A DNA stretch of 64,000 nucleotides from an uncultured delta proteobacterium (lineage in GTDB: Bacteria; Myxococcota_A; Polyangia; Fen-1088). The notes under the pieces were generated by a model. That model made no database searches and had not been told where the DNA came from. It worked only from the letters and a program-made list of their open reading frames with translations. The DNA lies in the NCBI GenBank assembly GCA_963737265.1, contig CAVTRY010000023.1, positions 485,999 through 549,998 of the forward strand, in the 5' to 3' direction. Of this stretch, positions 61,121-64,000 are shown one piece after another (position 1 is the first letter of the stretch; each line of letters opens with the position of its first letter). Made by a program: the position numbers and the translations under genes.

Positions 61121-62970
61121 CTCTTTTCATTCTTCAGGAATTGGATTGAACCCTGGAACTTATAGAACAAACGCGCGTTCCCATCCCGGTTGCGAAATAT
61201 CTTCAAATGATGAATTGCACCTGGGAAACGAGCAACCTCTCTCTGGGACTTTCCGAAAAAACCTTTCTTTCGAGCTATCCTATTCACATTGGCATCTGGG
61301 TCGCCACTATAGCCGGAGATGTCTGATGACTTGTGAACGGCTATTGAAGCGTCACCCCTGGGAAGGGTGGACCTGATGTACTTCTGGAGGTAGCCTGGAA
61401 AACCAGATTCTCCAACCAACTTGGCGAGTGAAGCCATCTTTCCCTGGTTGGCGCTCTTCTTAGCGCAAATTTGGTCCATGGCTTCGGTAAACTTGAAAAT
61501 GGGGAAGGACATCTCCCCTCGATTGAGGTCGACTGTCGAACGATCGATACTAGCACTGGATACAGCGGCGATTCGGTTGTCCCCAAGCCACACGGGTGAT
61601 CCCAGGCGGTCGCGGATTGCTGTCAATGACAACCTGTGAAACACGAAACACCTGTGCCAATCCAAATACAGGGCATTCGGTATAGTCAGTTCAAAATGCT
61701 CTAGATAGTCGCCTCTACTTCCAAACATGCGGGCCCGCTGTATGTACGTGTCTTGTTGAATTTTATGTTTCACGTCGCGCGTGAAGAACATGGCAAGGAG
61801 ATTTTCTAGTGTCACTCCCCGAGAGACGATGTTTCCACCAATGATGATCGTAAACAAGCTTGTTGGCTTTGTGGCCGCCAGCGAGTTGTCTTTCCAGTCA
61901 CGCTCGCTGTTGAGCACGACGATGGAGTTCCTCCCAACATTGTCGACGACATAGCGAGTCACTTTGTCAGCGTCGTCGGCTGGATAATTCTTTTTGGCAA
62001 TCTGCCAGACCTGTTCTGTAAATCTTGCAAACTGGCCGGCATCCCGTTTCACCAAGGCATCGAGTGCGGCATGGATAGTGGACCAATCGGTCCGGTGGTC
62101 CGCCTTCTTCCCGCTGGTGTGAACCAAAAATGAGTAATTTTTCTCTTCGTCTGGGTGGCTGCTGAGGTTGAGATGTGCAACAGTAACGAGGAAGCGAAAC
62201 AGCGCCTCCCGCGCATACTTTGGGTCCGACCCCTGGTCTGGAAGCAAAGTTCGTCGATATGCTACCGGCCCTGTCAGCGGGAAGAAGACATTCTGACCTG
62301 TGTACTTGGAGTGAGGCGGAAAGAGAACCCACAATTCGTTGTCGTTCGCAAAAGTATTGTTGAGGTCTAGACGTGCGGGTGTGGCCGTGACTCCTATGTA
62401 GGCTCCTGTTGCGCCAAGTACGTCGTTGATGAGTCTATTGATCGGCGTCACTTGACCGGTGTTTATCTTGCTATTGGGAGATGCATAGTCGGCCTCATCA
62501 TCGATTACGACAATGTCGTGAACATTGCCAATCTTTTCCAGAAGCTTGCGGAGATCGCTTCCGTTCTTCTTGCAAAACACGACGTGCTTGCGGCCCTTGA
62601 TCTGGACCACAGGATCTAGAATCTCAGAGAAATTGCGTGCGCCCGGTGCTAGTCCCGATGACTTAAACCTTGTTAAATTTTGGCCAAGGAGGTCAACGCT
62701 GTCGTTCAGTAGATGAAGTACAAACTGACGTCCTTCGTCGAGAAGTTTTGCGGTCAGGCAAATCATCATCTCGGTCTTGCCGCTTTGGGGTTCGCCATAA
62801 ATCACAAAGGATCGCGCTCCACCTGCGAGATTCCTGATCGTGCCGTCAACTGTCTCTTCGATCTGTTTCGTGTCCTTGTGCGCTCCTCTTAGCCGGCGAA
62901 GCTGACGCTCATATTGGAGAGGACTTTCGGCGTCCGATGTGAATTTCGCAATGTCGAACTTGTCCGCCAT
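61117..62970 (-). CDS. Z1-domain protein with SF2 helicase-like motifs
   Basis: GEPQSGKT, IDDEADYAS, TATP, IGGNIVSRGVTLE, QRARMFG; lower GC than host genes. Confidence 0.88.
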   Translation of the reverse strand: MADKFDIAKFTSDAESPLQYERQLRRLRGAHKDTKQIEETVDGTIRNLAGGARSFVIYGEPQSGKTEMMICLTAKLLDEGRQFVLHLLNDSVDLLGQNLTRFKSSGLAPGARNFSEILDPVVQIKGRKHVVFCKKNGSDLRKLLEKIGNVHDIVVIDDEADYASPNSKINTGQVTPINRLINDVLGATGAYIGVTATPARLDLNNTFANDNELWVLFPPHSKYTGQNVFFPLTGPVAYRRTLLPDQGSDPKYAREALFRFLVTVAHLNLSSHPDEEKNYSFLVHTSGKKADHRTDWSTIHAALDALVKRDAGQFARFTEQVWQIAKKNYPADDADKVTRYVVDNVGRNSIVVLNSERDWKDNSLAATKPTSLFTIIIGGNIVSRGVTLENLLAMFFTRDVKHKIQQDTYIQRARMFGSRGDYLEHFELTIPNALYLDWHRCFVFHRLSLTAIRDRLGSPVWLGDNRIAAVSSASIDRSTVDLNRGEMSFPIFKFTEAMDQICAKKSANQGKMASLAKLVGESGFPGYLQKYIRSTLPRGDASIAVHKSSDISGYSGDPDANVNRIARKKGFFGKSQREVARFPGAIHHLKIFRNRDGNARLFYKFQGSIQFLKNEKR

Positions 62971-63136
62971 GAGCCAGTTCCTTTCGGGTGTTGATTGCGT
63001 GATTGATCAGACGGAGATCGGGTTCCTCGAATTTCTTCCGAGGCGAAGAGTACCGCTGCTCACTAAAGGGACGGAGGAAGCGAGTGCTCAGCTCGACTTG
63101 GATCTTCGAAGCAGCTTGTCCGATTGTCTCAGGCAT
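62909..63136 (-). pseudogene. Remnant of a MORC/MutL-type GHKL ATPase gene
   Basis: VELSTRFL..FSEQ.YSSP.K.FEE resembles the segment before GHKL motif I; the rest is missing. Confidence 0.5.
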
Positions 63137-63799
63137 CGGATGTGCTGGGATGTCCTGGGGATTGATCATGGGGTATCGAACCCTCGATAGGCGCTCGACG
63201 AGCAAAGTGACGGATTGGGTAGTCTTTCGTCCCCTTGAAATTCAATAGGTCCCGACAATCCGAACTGAGTTGCCGAGAATTCCGGACGCGAACGCGATGT
63301 AGGTTCATGTGGTGAGAACTCGCTTGTTGCGAGTATCAGAATACGCCCGAGTCGACCCAAAGACAACACCGTGCGGCAGCGGTCTCAGGGCGATCGAGTT
63401 CTACGTACCCTTCGAGAACGCTCAATTGGGCAGCAACGGCCTCGCCTGCTTGCGCGTCTCTGGTGGGCGCGCTGATCGAACAGCTGCGCACCCGCCATCG
63501 TCAAAGGCTGCGAAGGACACGACCTGAGTGCCCTCATGGAGGGTACCGGCGGGCGATCACCCGACTGAGCGATGGACGGTGAATGAAGGGATTCCCGATT
63601 CCAGTTCCCGCGTGCTGTATAGGTCGGCAGGAAGGACAATCGGGATGCGGCTACCTGCAAGGCAAGGAGGTAGCACGCTGCGCCCTACGCATGAGAGAGA
63701 GATAGGCGAGCATGGCAACGACCAGGGAAAGCGCAGGGCCTGGACTTCCCGAGAAGGATGTACGCCCGTGCACGAGTCTGATCTGGGCCTTGCTATCGG

Positions 63800-64000
63800 G
63801 CTGGGTTCGCGGTCCAGCTTGCGGGGGTGAGCTCGGACATGCGCGAGAGGGCATTACCCCGCTCCAGCGTGTCGATGGCGTCCTGGAGGTAGCGTCTGGG
63901 GGCGATACCCCAGGATGATGCAGTCGTCACCGGAGAAACAGCGAAGGAAGTAGCCTCGCTGGTTGATGGCGTAGGTCGTGGCGCGGCACACCTGCAGAGT
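63800..64000 (-). pseudogene. IS66-family transposase, degraded C-terminal remnant
   Basis: Broken frames read ATTYAINQ..YF.R and PRRYLQDAI...SELTPASW. Confidence 0.55.

Noticed and set aside
63200-63800. Short ORFs near the window end
   Set aside because: No recognisable motifs or RBS support; probably degraded mobile DNA

Overview
GC-rich bacterial chromosome segment; gene content and protein style suggest a Myxococcota/Polyangia-like deltaproteobacterium (inference). 1-14.6 kb: surface-polysaccharide locus (glycosyltransferases, gmd, Wzm/Wzt, rfbF/rfbG, two C-methyltransferases, rfbC-like epimerase, GxxExxY gene). 14.6-45.7 kb: housekeeping genes (acyl-CoA synthetase, FadL-like porin, CPBP and rhomboid proteases, uvrC, S41 protease, partial nuo operon with fused NuoE-F and a PKD-tailed NuoL, crcB, and an NtrC/FleQ-like + FliA + FlgM regulatory trio without flagellar structural genes). 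45.9-64 kb: mobile region with an IS4 pseudogene carrying an in-frame MITE and a nested ISKra4, an ECF sigma, a B12 radical SAM gene, a REP-like tandem array, two ISCR/IS91-like HUH transposons and a lower-GC Z1-domain defence remnant. Two observations stand out. (1) One ISCR transposase copy is split by five 49-67 bp insertions of a single family (GNA-triloop hairpin plus G-quadruplex-like tract, no target duplication); these account exactly for its 294 bp excess over the intact copy, and the same family recurs inside the REP-like array. (2) The DNA between the two ISCR copies is a chain of about eight unrelated gene fragments, resembling Helitron-like serial capture. Several single-base frameshifts in housekeeping genes look like sequencing errors.
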